From Lepidodermella squamata (lineage: Eukaryota; Animalia; Gastrotricha): 64,000 nucleotides of DNA. The stretch is from the NCBI GenBank assembly GCA_047495785.1, contig JBLDXI010000019.1:496001-560000 (forward strand), read 5' to 3'. The notes under the pieces were generated by a model. The model was not told where the DNA came from and made no database searches. It saw only the letters and a program-made list of their open reading frames with translations. This document shows, one piece after another, positions 37,201 through 47,456 of this stretch; the first letter of the stretch is position 1, and each line of letters opens with the position of its first letter. Made by a program: the position numbers and the translations under genes.

Positions 37201-37355
37201 TGGGAATAACGCTGGGCCGCATTGGTGGATTTCCAAGCACTTTGAAGACTCCAAGCGCATTTGGCCGATCCGCTGCATCCAATATTAGAACAGACATTAT
37301 TTTCAAGCTTCTGAATTTGTTTAGTCTTTTCTATTATAATGATTTTCAAGCATGA
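22214..37355 (+). CDS. Array paralogue C, interrupted in exon 4 by the LTR retroelement (possible pseudogene or splice-rescued gene)
   Basis: Signal exon MRARLTLIVLLALGSHCTSVLG at 22214. Exons 2-4 run to 23391, then the element. The gene resumes at 32348 with duplicated sequence and continues, apparently intact, to the SEA exon 'IFKGSVIADY' and TGA at 37355. Confidence 0.75.
22804..23391 (+). repeat. Left copy of ~588 bp host direct repeat flanking the retroelement
   Basis: Identical by eye to 32348-32935 (offset 9544), including two introns. Confidence 0.92.
23392..23586 (-). repeat. 3' LTR (195 bp, TG...CA)
   Basis: Minus strand TGTGCTATG...GATATTACA. Contains CCAAT, TATAAATA and AATAAA on the minus strand. 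Matches 32154-32347. Confidence 0.95.
23587..23595 (-). promoter_or_regulatory. Polypurine tract (short)
   Basis: Minus-strand ...CCTGGGGAA immediately precedes the 3' LTR TG. Confidence 0.65.
23739..25865 (-). CDS. env: Envelope glycoprotein, class I fusion-protein-like, 708 aa
   Basis: Third ORF between pol and the 3' LTR. Signal peptide; furin-type sites RSKR and RYRARR; a hydrophobic putative fusion peptide followed by a heptad-repeat region; Cys-rich ectodomain with N-glycosylation sequons; TM 'SLILTLNTVAIIYLI'; short tail. Confidence 0.85.
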   Translation of the reverse strand: MSLTGLRLWLAVATLAASLISSASATRSKRQIELNTDAFTSDHVIFPQALLKGTKKQLVYMFDDVILTALNMQVEFQKPKFIRQFYPEEVQHVLDFWEETGTSLAPSPWDKLKSCAAYLGKWCTPIPPFGFSEFDCLSQWATQCQPSTAKLTASSTVTGKRYRARRDLDWICSSIVLRGINELFSHNGCSTTDENTKKALYAATAALKEDETQIRKIGNATMLLAKQTHRLGQRLQAVEDVLINLTSEYTSDRQKWHNFNKLTAFHFTKQAAMRDQFAHVERIRVGINDGSFGTYEMTEAMATKIIRQLQISPRHNETVKLLTQGVPLFVSAWMSITGADQPDVIDVTIRAKLPIIRNSVCNIIALSPISLLGNRSCLTAPRSVYIGMSAIQCSDQPVRLFPTSCLDACTTISPHKIVCPLEFCDISTTPDWLQQTGLVADSEHALALDPVISSKAEFNWCEQASDVVRLNHSSFLLQKPATVSLWRVNGTARKQIFSRKYSQSGHIFHLSCNHIIKIGDLELHPSAFECDEDLRQEILTVTESGRLKLLDPNTSDYPTQHSKNIDKIVASLKDSTMRDEFNRNDATTLRLVENISASSAQLGLFTQLMSIYVGQIGSSNDTHSALLSILPTGANSLILTLNTVAIIYLICNRNRPSNPLQIQTIMPTLQVPTAPQPPGYETPSTAIPLDKANEAEPKPQPRKKRFYY
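25947..30622 (-). CDS. pol: Pol polyprotein (protease, RT, RNase H, integrase), entered by -1 frameshift from gag
   Basis: PR 'LLDSGATHSCI'; RT 'YFDDILVFS'; RH 'STDASG...NADAMSR'; IN HHCC 'HDEKCH...CAVC', D-D-E 'WDVAGP/DNARYF/GHCEHLN', GPY 'YKGPYSV'. The frame is open from the slippery site to the first ATG at 30494. Confidence 0.95.
30567..30629 (-). promoter_or_regulatory. -1 programmed ribosomal frameshift signal (U UUA AAC + stem-loop/pseudoknot)
   Basis: Heptamer at 30629-30623 is in the gag frame, with one codon between it and the gag stop. After a 6-nt spacer come stems GGAGGC/GCCTCC and GTCCG/CGGAC, whose loop GGGAC is complementary to a downstream GTCCC. Pol is in the -1 frame. Confidence 0.85.
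30617..32077 (-). CDS. gag: Gag (486 aa) with two CCHC zinc knuckles
   Basis: First ATG downstream of the PBS (MASGSS). Capsid-like 'QYPGETVRQYYDVIRRL'. Knuckles CYYCSKPGHVEAEC and CDKCRRPGHYADRC. Confidence 0.92.
   Translation of the reverse strand: MASGSSGPAGSALSGGVPGFGVATSAAPGRPAPPAPTTAAAAFAMPIELALVRVGQISGDSYDEFVSSWGRFAKVAPYICDTDNHLHPLQHVLHMLPLFLSNKLERVWATIDYSGFTTFDEARKALLAASGLAPDTVLASMQFYSRPQYPGETVRQYYDVIRRLWIDSGRGEPENTSKDLVNRVYFGILPAIRERMAMLGVPQTCEELLRLAEVADTSIRVGPAGAQALLPAGFGHVSYTPSYPQPYAQPSFGLNHAGFPIGLPGAAPPPVTHVTATSLGTPLYVPPAPVALAPHYAPGAAASLAPPAPAPAAAAPPAAAAVVKAEPTETALIQAVNALTAQVQELGRNKPSYSDKGRGSYNNRSAYRSRDNGNNNNNTSNNDNRRGGSRPSCYYCSKPGHVEAECRSKMRDLLQQRDDRRPRTPVCDKCRRPGHYADRCRSRDDYRSSHSPYHQRGMRRTPSRDRDYQPRLSYDAREQRGDHLNY
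32133..32147 (-). promoter_or_regulatory. Primer binding site, tRNA-Leu type
   Basis: Minus strand TGGTGTCAGAAGTGG is complementary to the metazoan tRNA-Leu 3' end (...CCACTTCTGACACCA). It lies 6 nt inside the 5' LTR. Confidence 0.85.
32154..32347 (-). repeat. 5' LTR (194 bp; outermost base missing)
   Basis: Identical to 23392-23585, but ends ...atagcac instead of ...atagcaca on the plus strand. Confidence 0.95.
32348..32935 (+). repeat. Right copy of ~588 bp host direct repeat
   Basis: Identical by eye to 22804-23391 and followed by the continuation of exon 4 (aaaaccgcccgacc). Confidence 0.92.
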
Positions 37356-37569
37356 ATAACCGGTTACCACTACTTCTTTGTACACTGAATTATAACATGT
37401 TTGATGTATGTCTCTATATTATAATAATATAATAAACTTGCGAGTGATGCAAACAAATCCCTGGTTCACTAATTGCTCTGGTTGGAATTTACATCTAGGC
37501 AGACCGCTGATTTGATGGATTGACAGCAAGAGTGTCCTCATCATCCAGAATTATTCTTTTAAATGGTGA

Positions 37570-37700
37570 TCATAGGACACTAGATAGCAATAAAAGAACT
37601 AGCTGCCGCCTGTGCAGGGAAAATCGGTTCGATTGCCTCGGCGAAAGTGTAAGGCTTTCCGATCAATTCAAGATCCCCGGTTACAACGCCGGATCCAACA
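37570..37700 (+). pseudogene. Degenerate remnant of the SEA-domain terminal exon
   Basis: ctagctgccgcc...aaaatcgg...gcgaaagtgtaaggc...gccggatccaa aligns to 58870-58970 and has an in-frame stop. No upstream exons. Confidence 0.6.
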
Positions 37701-38362
37701 TGAAGATCAAGGCAGTGATCAAGGCCAACGAGCAACCATTATACGAAAATGGTAGCGCAAAATTAACACAAATACGGTAGTGCTACGGCAGGACTACGGC
37801 GAGTACTATTTCAGTGCTACGGCGAGCTTGACATGTTCCAGGGTATGCAACTAACAGCTGGTATCCCCGGGAACTCACTGACAACGTGAGTCGGGAAAGG
37901 AAAGCTCCGGAAACCGTCAAATCAGGCTCTGATTTTCTGGCCTGAAATCAGCCAATAGCCGGTTTGACATCGCAGGTAACGACTACAAGGGGGCATTGGT
38001 CAGTAGTCAGTAGGGACGTTGGTCAGTCCCTATTCATCATACCCGGCTCCGCCTTGTTACTGTAGACCTCCTGGTAGTATGTGAATACATTATTTGATGG
38101 TTTGACATGAACTAACACGTGTTCTACAAAGAGACTCTACAGGTGATCAGGTGATTGGTTAATGCGAGTCTATAATTGGTGCTATGCTATTTTGTTTAAT
38201 TTCAAAAATTTCAAGTCAGGGCGAATTTTTAAAAATGCTTCGGCGCCGAAATGACTGGCCGTACCGGCACCGTAGCAGTGCCGTAGTTTGCGGTGGTAGT
38301 AGTAACGGTGCGAGGGCTATAAAGTTCGACATTCGCGGATTTCCACTCCACTGCTGCTAATA

Positions 38363-38809
38363 CCGTATTTCATCAAATAATAGCCATGGCTACTATTTTT
38401 TCTGAAACTCCGAAAATGGTCCAAAAAAAGAGGCAATTATTCGAGGGGGCTATTATTCGAGGGGGGCTATTATTTATCGGTAATTGGCAAATTTCATCAT
38501 CGCAAGTCGTTTGCGCTGTTGAATTCTCTGTTTTTTGACCCATGCTGCTAATTAATCCTCGGCATAAACAAACAACGGCTTACGTCCACCACCTTTAATC
38601 CGCCTAGCAGTATAAAGCGACGCAATTAGGACAGCTTTTTCCCTCCTCCTCTCTCCTCCAGCGCGCCACCTGCTTCGGACAAGGCATGGCGTGGCTATTA
38701 TTCGAGGGGGGCTATTATTTACTTTTAAATGCTCAAAATAGCCTAAAATTTCGGGCTATTATTCGAGGGGGCTTTTATTCGAGGGAGGCTATTAATCGAT
38801 GAAATACGG
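38363..38809. mobile_element. Tc2/pogo-type (Tc1/mariner superfamily) MITE, 447 bp
   Basis: 23-bp TIRs ccgtatttcatcaaataatagcc / ggctattaatcgatgaaatacgg (21/23 match), TA on both flanks, and internal repeats of ggctattattcgagggg. Confidence 0.85.
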
Positions 38810-40645
38810 TATATTAGAATAGGGTTCTATGATAATTGAGCAAACAAAAAGAGAGCAAGGGCTTTAGAGCAAATCGACAAAAGAGCAAATTATAATCAGC
38901 GCAAAAAGTTGTGGTAGTCTGTTAAATTGTGCGCGTTAGCCATCCAAATTGCAAAACAATTAGGTTCCCACTTATTAGATTCATTAAAAATGCCCTATGA
39001 GTTAATGCTAATAGAGTCAAATCTCGTGTGTGTTATTGATGCGCATTTTGCATTGAATCTTCTCACAACTTGTTTCTTCTTCGAGTGACGAATAGTCATG
39101 ATTACGCAACACAGGTTTGCAGGGTGCAAATAATCGATTTTTCGTTATCGATTTTCTCCGCAGCGAAATCTAATCGCACAATGGGACTTGGTTCATTATT
39201 ACCGTAATATTGATATTTTTTCAAGAATTCAGGAGTTGGACAAGTTTGCGGCCGGATATATAATGGCTGATCCACGGTACAAAGTTCGTAATTAGTGTTC
39301 TTTAGCATCATTGTCTGTGCCCATAGGGATGTGCCCGCGTGGCTGAAAATTTCAGGGTTCTAAATTCCCCCATTTTCCGATCTGCAGTAAATAATTCAAC
39401 GTGTTATCTCAAAAATGTTACACATGGCAACGGTGGTTCAATTTTTTGCTAAAAATATATCGTTAGCGTCGTTAAAAAACTCGGATGCCTCAGTCGATTT
39501 TCTCCAGTCGATAAATCTAGTTTGGGTTGAACTTTGGCTTTCTCAAATTTCCGTTAGAATGGGGTTCGAGAGAAAAATTGTATGACGAAAATGCTGTCCG
39601 CGGCTTTTATTAAAAATTCTCATTTTTGAAAAATGGCATTTCACATGAATTGAGGTTGGATCACCATCCTGCGAAAGCTTTATTGGAAATTTTGGAAAGT
39701 CTGGCAAGGGAGAAAATCAACTAAGGCCACATCGGATGCAAACATTTCATTTTTCCAAATTTCAAACGGATTATTTGATGTTCTTGCGATATATTCATTC
39801 TGATGGACCAGAAGCATTTTTCAAAAATGAAAAACGTATGAGAAATAGCAAAACGCATTTCTTGCACAACTTTTCGAAGGTACATCTTTTTGATACACGT
39901 TCTTAGGTAATATTCTTAGGTAATCAGATCACACCTGCTCTTCAATTTGCTGAAAACCGCGTCTTCATATCCCTTATGGTTGAAAAGTTATAAAAAAAAG
40001 CGAGGCAAAAAGGTTCGCGCACACTTTATGTTTACTGAGATTGGCGAATTCGAGTAGATTCGCGTAGTTGCGTTTCGCAGCGGACGAAGTACACTTTGAT
40101 TTTCTGACAGTAACGATGTTCCATCTGTTTGCCTACAGTTGACTAGTTTCGGTGCAACACATAAAAGGACAAGATTTTGAAAATAATGAGCAAAAGTTGT
40201 GTTTATAAATTCTTTTTGGGAGGATCTAATAAAATGCAATTCCCACAACATGGCAAATAGGAAGAAGCTCAGAATAGCCTAGTTGATTATAATTCTAGGC
40301 GACGCAAATTAGTTAGGTAGCCAATCAATTGTATGATTTAAACGAGGTGTTTGAATATCATTTATTTTCAAGTGCCTAAGATCTTAGGAGAGTTTTGAAA
40401 TGGCAGGAAATTAAATCTGTTGAAAATACCTAGTTACGTAGCTTAGTGGCTTAGTTTAGTAGTCCTTTGTGTAATTCGAACTCAATTAAAATTCAGGTGT
40501 TCCTTCGTTAGAAACTTTCTTCACGGCCAAACATATATTTTTCCTGTTTATTTATCATCATCAGGACTATATAACGGTGTTGAAATTTGAAATTTAAAAA
40601 ATCAAAAGTCACTCTGGAATCGTTTTAAAAGAGAACTTTTTTTAA

Positions 40646-43600
40646 ATGAAGTTTGAACTCACAATTCTGTTGCTCCCGATTATAAATCACCTGTCATGTT
40701 TGGTCTCAGGCCGTAGGTTTGCCGAATGAAAGTCGACTGTTTTGATTCCGTATCTATGTAGGTTTGGTAGCATTTTGGCCTTTCACTAATGTAACGCAAA
40801 ACCAGGGATCGCACTACGACGTCACCGGGAACAGCTTTCACGCTCAAGGCTGCAGTGGTGGCAACATATGGATGGATCCACAGGGTAACGTGAGAGTTGG
40901 CTCTGGTACCAGAGGTTGTATGGCTCTTCCTCGAACCAACTTCGTGGTCAACGAATCATGGACCATTCTCGGCTATGTTTACTACGACTCAACCGTTTCT
41001 GGTCCTTTCATCGAATTCATGATTTCACCACAAGGCAATCGCCCCTACGGTGCGAGTGTCTTTTTGACTCCTAATAACACCCTTAAGAGCAGTCTGATGT
41101 TCAAAAACCTGAACAATTTTACGGCGGAAGATCCTGCGCCGAGTTACAGCAAAACATGGAGCATGATGGTAGCTTCTTACGATGCAACGAATTCGATGTT
41201 CAGAACCTACGTAAACTCGACCTTAGTAAATTCCTTATCAACTGCTGGTTATTACTTCTCCGAGCCGAAATTCGGCATCTCTGTCGGAGCGAGATCCGCA
41301 ACTAATATAGGTTTCAATGCAGCAATCAACTGTTTCGCTATTTTCAGCTCGGTCATGTCAATCACTGAGATTGAAACTTACATGCAAATATGCCGTCTCA
41401 TTCCAAGGCCGAATGGGTTAGATTCAATTGCTTTAGCGTCGGGTTCAAGAATTGCTAGTTGGTCTTGGAGTCTGTCCTTACCAGCTGCTGCCCTCCGTAA
41501 GAATGCTCTGAAATATTGTAACGCGTAATCAATTAATATTAATTGAAATATAGTGGGGAACTCAGCTAGTACACAGTGGGTTATGACTGGAGCAGCCAAG
41601 GCCTTAGAAACCTCTGTTGTTTTGATCGACGAAGCTAATGAATCCGGCGGCCTGTGGTCGACTGCGGTAAGATGATTCAGAATCTCGGTACCGTGCGTGC
41701 TAATACAATTTCACCCTGCAACAGCCGATTCCAGCGCCTCATTTCCGCGTGGAGGTCATGTTCCGCTTTCAAAACACGGGCTGCGCCGGCGACAACCTAT
41801 TCGGCATATTACTTGTCGACAAATTCTATACAGCCCGAACAGGATGTGAGCTTTTGAATTTTTGAATATAATTACTTCATTTTCATCAATTTAAAGCATC
41901 AAGATTTTTCGAAATCGAGGCCTCGTCGTTTCTTGGACTTGGAGTGATCTTCGATGTGAAAGCTGCTGCTGCATATATTATCAACGCAAGAGTCATCAAT
42001 TCAATGGTTTCAGATGCAAAGTTCTACCGCGATCAACCCATCAAACTGAAGGAGTACCCTGGGGTTAGAGGTTTAACCTCTGGAGTTCATGTCATAGTTT
42101 TGGAGATAGTTTCGAACGCCCTGACTGTTACACAGCTAATCGAAAATGGACCGCCGAGAACTCTATTTTCGGGCATTGGATTACCTAACTTTGGTTTTCT
42201 TCAGAGTGATCTTCAACTAGGCGTGTCGGCATTTGCAAATGGGCCTTCGCCATGCTCAGTCGAAGTGCTCAGCATAGAGGCATACGCAATAATCGCCCGA
42301 GCAGGGCAAACATGGTCGCCCGTTTCTTCGTTGGCCTTTAATCAGGAGAATTTGGGTAAGCTTTTACCTCATTTCCATCTCTTCCTATTATGTCCCGTCA
42401 GGAAATTGGGTCGCCGCATCCAAGCCCATTGATAACACCGGGGTTGCAGCTATCAAGCCGATCGATATTTCGAAAAATGGTTACACATTGCTGAGCCGTA
42501 ACGATGCTGGTATTCAATCAGTCCTCTATTCGAACAATGTAAAATCTCCGTAGTTTTTCGTACATATTATGAACATCTGTTACAGACACTGACTGATGGG
42601 TCTGACTTCAACGCATGGTTCTGCGCATATATTGAAAGCGGAATGGGCAACGACGAACTTACTGTATTTTTTGTTCCAGCTAAAACTTTCTCGCCTTATG
42701 TAAAAGGTTTGTTTCAAACGTCAAATTTACTCGAATAGATTACACACCGTTTATTGTTAATGCAGCGGGGCCGGGATATCTACCGCAACCTTTCGAAGGA
42801 TTAGCAGTTATATTGCGCGGCTCATCTAATAATGCATATATCAGAGTAGTTCATGACGATGTTGGCTCGGCTTCAGATGGGATGCGGCCTGAAATCGCGA
42901 TTTACTATGTCGAAGGTCCTAATATTAACAAGGCTGCTTTCGGTAACGTCTGCTTTCAGATGAGAATCACACCTATCGATTTGAGTGTAAGCAATTTATG
43001 ATGCTTATCTGGGTGCAACTTTGAATTCTCTGTTAAATAGGTGAATCTGTACAACGAGTCAGGAGATGTAACGAAACTAGCACAGGGGCCTTGGATTTCA
43101 AAATTTCTGTCATCTGGGCCGTGGATGTTCGGCATTGGTGCGCAAAGCAGAACATCAGGGCGTGAAGTCAGAGTGCATTCCATCAGGATTTCGAATAGAA
43201 CCTTCGATTATAACCAAAGTCAGAATGACACAATAGCAGAGCAATCTTCACCTTTTGGACGCGGATTCGGTATGCTTTCATTTGCCTGTGCAGGGTGCGA
43301 TCTTAGGTCCCGGAGCTGCCGGGGATGGAAAACAATTTTTTGCTGTATTTTGTATTTGCCTAAATGACTAGGCATTTTGACTAAAATGCGAGCGAAGCGG
43401 GAGCATTTTGAAGGTTTTGAAATTTTAAAGATGACCTGAAAGTAGCACACTGCGCCTGATTCTTTTCTGATTCTGATTTTATTATGCATTTTGTTTCACA
43501 ACAGTTAGCAATAGGTTAGTTCTCGGCGCCTCACCTCAGAGGTCGTAAAATCCACTAGTTCATCTGACTTAGATTTAAGATATCGCAGAAACACAGTATG

Positions 43601-46484
43601 AGAATTATTGACAATATTTGAGGGCAGCCGGTTTCACGCTGCGCACACATGCCTTGTAAAGCTGAACTGAGAGCCTGTTTTTCAACTCGTTATTTTAATG
43701 ACATTACCTCTCTCAGATGATTGGCGGGTGGATGAATCGTTATCTAGTGTTCAGCCCTCGCAATTTTTTCCGCCGTCAACTGCAATAGGGAATAGGGGAT
43801 ACCTTTTACTTGACGGCACTTCAAACAAGAAAGCTCGTATTTACACGAAAAAGGTAATTCGTTTGCCATGTTTACAATCGGTAAAATTCATTTTCCCTTA
43901 TAGGCTTATTATCCAACTTCGGGAGATCTCACATTTAGAGTTAGGCTCAACTTCGAGCTAAAGTCATCTGGTGACGGCTTTGTCATCTTCATGTGTCCGG
44001 AGGAGGACTTCAAATACCCAACGGGTGCGTATCTGTTGCCAGCCGATTTTCGTGGATTTGCTGTTATTGTCGATCCAAGTGGTACCGCTCGATTGTCTTA
44101 TAACGTAACAACAAGAACAGGAGATGTATTAAGCATCAAACCTTCGTTCACTCCGAGAAACCTGGAAATATTTGGCTTCACCACTTATCAGATAACTATT
44201 ACAAGAAATAGCACACAGGTAATGTCTCTATCGAGTTCCTGCAAGTAGAATAACCAATAATCAAGGTTTCACTGTGGTCTCCGAGTGGTAAATCGCAAGA
44301 TTTGGTCACCAAATGGATTTTGCCAGCTTTTGGCGTTGCCGGCCCGTGGCTGCTAGGTGTTGCAGCTAGTAATTCGCTGGCTGGGTCGTCTCAAGTTCGG
44401 ATACATTCACTCACTTACTGGACTTCAAACACCATGTCCAATCCAGATATCATCCATGAAACTGGCAAGAATTGAAAAAATAATACCTTCAAACTTCCAA
44501 CATTTATTTTTGGTGTACAGAATCTTACCAACCTCAATATTCTTTCGATAGCTTCAACTTAGGTGGGACTTGAACATGAAAAATGAATCGCGTCTCTATT
44601 TATTCATTCTCAGGAGAGAATTGGATAGTTCGAAGCAAAGGAACTACGAACGCTGACTTTGACGCGTCACCGCCTTACATCGAAACCAATCGCAATATTC
44701 CCTGCATGATGCTCTTGCCTAATGTAAAAGGTCGCCAAGTCATCATGTACTCGAGAATGGTGAGATATTCATCTATATCCCAACGCCAAGTATATTAATA
44801 TTCACGCCTGCTTCTAGCCATTATTCGTAAGCGGAAACTCTGGTTACCTCATAACAGCGAAGTTATCAGTTAATGGCACCGGTGGTGGCGATGGCGTGGA
44901 TCTTTTTTTAGCTAACGCTGAGAGTTTGAATTCAACAAATTGGAATTGTAAGCTTTGGAACCCTATCTATCGCAGCTTTGTATATTTTGATTATCAAGTT
45001 ACGAACGCCGAATTTTACTTGCAATTCCCTACACGTGGTTTGCATTACGTGCTGAATACTCGGCAGACAAATTCGTTAAAGCTGGTCTACAGCTCTTACC
45101 CTATAAACTCAATTTTAAAAGAAAGTGCCTTTTCACCGCAAGTCCTAAGCTTGACAAGCGATCAGCTTTATAACTCGTCATTCTCGAATATTGCCTTCAG
45201 TCTATACATCGAAAATGACTACGTCTCAGTAAGTACATTCACGTAGATTATTTACCGACATTACTAGCTTCTTAATTGGTAAGGCGAACTTTACTGACAT
45301 GAAAGGCAACGTTTATCAGTTAGCGGACAAGTTGGTCACACCTTGCCTATCTGCGACAGGTCCGTGGTATTTGGGAATCGCGGCGCGTTCCACTGACAAG
45401 ACCATCGACGTTTGCGTTAATTCCATCAAAACGTATGTCAAAAACGCCACTAACCCTAATGTTTCGCCGCAATGTACGATAACCTCAACTTCAACATCAA
45501 CAACTTCAACGTCGACAACCTCAACTCCAACGTTAACAACGTCAACGTCAACGTCAACAAGTTCAACATCGACAACTTCAACAGCCGAAGTTTCAGCAAC
45601 TACTACGCCCGGAATCTCATCCAAGTCACAAGAATCCTCTTCGACTACGCCTTATATTCCTGAAGCATCGTCTGACTCGCCGTCCACCTTGAGGGCGATA
45701 ACTCGTTTGGATTCTACTACTTTGGAAACGGATGGGTACTACTCACCGTACTATAATATGGGCAAGTTACTTTCCGGTGAAATACAGCTTTTTCCAACTA
45801 TTATCTTCAATTTCAGAGGTCAGCGGGAGTCTTGAAACTATTGGAAATATGACCCTTCCGGATCTTACTGTTTTACCTGCGGAACCTTGGCCAAAAGAGC
45901 TTGATAATTCTAGCCATCCGCTCTTCAAAAGCGTCGCGGCTGTTTTTGCCAGAGAGGTATTATGCCATTTTCCAGTACCATCTTTTTTATGCCTGTTTAT
46001 CTTCGTCCAGGTCAACTTGACGTATTTCGAAGCCGGAGCGATAGTTGATAACGTTACAATCACACGAATCTACAATGGCAGCGTAATAGCCGACTACATT
46101 GTGGCGCTGCGCAGCCTTACGCAGTTTACCGAGGAGGAAATCCAGGCCAAAGTTAAGATAGCCATACAACGATTGGCCGAAGCTGCTGTCAAAAGAATCG
46201 GGGAGATAATCAAAGCGAATGTTCAAGGCGTCACAGTCCTCTCGAAGCCGCAATATAGGATAGCAGCACCAGCTACGATTGATGAACCGATTAAAAATGA
46301 ATCCATGCTACCTGCGTTGCCAACAGCATCGGCAGTATTGGGTTCAACAGTATCAACGATTTCCTACAGTCAACCATCTCGACCGATCAAACCTAACGTA
46401 AAATCGAGCAATGACTGTCCAACACGGACCATCGGGAAAATACAGCTTCTAATCTTGATGAATGCTTTAGCGTTCATCTTGTGA
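40646..46484 (+). CDS. Array paralogue D (closest to B)
   Basis: Signal exon MKFELTILLLPIINHLSCLVSG. Exon-by-exon near identity to B. SEA 'IYNGSVIADY'; ends 'LILMNALAFIL'. Confidence 0.78.
43290..43672. mobile_element. ~385 bp non-autonomous insertion in an intron of paralogue D
   Basis: The equivalent intron in B (~18220-18277) is short. The extra DNA here is bracketed by gcctgt direct repeats (43284-43289 and 43673-43678), with cagg...cctg near the ends. Confidence 0.65.
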
Positions 46485-47456
46485 AAACGGTCGGAAATAG
46501 GACAAGCATAGTATAGATAGATTTGATCAAGCTTGTTTCCGTTGATAAAATGTATTAGCTTCTCATGGGTGGACCGTGGAGCGACTTCAACTAGTCACTG
46601 TGACTCGTAAAACTTCACAGCCATGAAATTGAACTATTTTTGAAATAAATAAGGATTGGGTTAACTATTAATAACATAAGGGATAAAATTATGCATGTCA
46701 GACACGCCACATGAAATAAAAGGTATCGCAGTCATGGTTTCTGTAGCGTCACACATTTAGGGGGAATGCATGGTAATAAAAGTGTCCTCGTCAGCAATTC
46801 ATAAAAACTGTTGAAACGAAATATTATCTAGCTTGAAAGGGCCCTTTTCAGACGGCATGTCTCATTTATTGAGTAAGGCTTAACTCGAACGAATAACTAG
46901 AACAACACGTTAATCCAGCTATAGGTAAGCTCCCTTCTTGTATGCTAACGAGCATCATAAACACGTCACCACACGTGGGTAATAAGAAATGATTCAGTTG
47001 TCTTGGGAAAAGAATATATTTCATTCACATCTGCAGATTTACACATCAGTTACACATCCTTGGACTTGGAAATTAACAGGTTCCTCTACAATTTCGCTCG
47101 ATTTTTCGGCTGTGTTTCAACTATTTTGAGGACTCTTGTGAGACTGGTGCAAGTTTTACTTCAGAATAAATTCCAGTAAAGCCTAACCCAGTTTACCCCT
47201 GTCATCGTTATTGTATGTTGATAACGAGCGTAGTAGAAGCGAAATCAAGCTCGTATTCGGCATCAGCAGGCGCTGCGGCTCGAATCATTATCGTGCATTC
47301 AGTCTGAAAACATGTGGCTGGAATGCTTCAGTTTGGAAATCATTATCAAGTGTTTGTGTGTTTTCAATCAACGGATTGAATCAGGGGCTTGAAACCAGCC
47401 AGACAGTTGCTAATGCATTTTCAGCCGATTTCTATAAATCTCAAAAAAGTGAGAAC

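Noticed and set aside
37770-38310. Inverted clusters of (c)tacgg motifs suggesting another MITE
   Set aside because: Could not define clean TIRs or a TSD by eye; plausible but unsupported.
38430-38800. Repeated ggctattattcgagggg units as a possible CRISPR array
   Set aside because: Irregular spacing, eukaryotic context, and they lie inside a TIR-bounded MITE.
38990-39985. Scattered inverted matches (39481-39510 vs 39708-39737; ccctatg/cataggg)
   Set aside because: Too short and degenerate to delimit an element.
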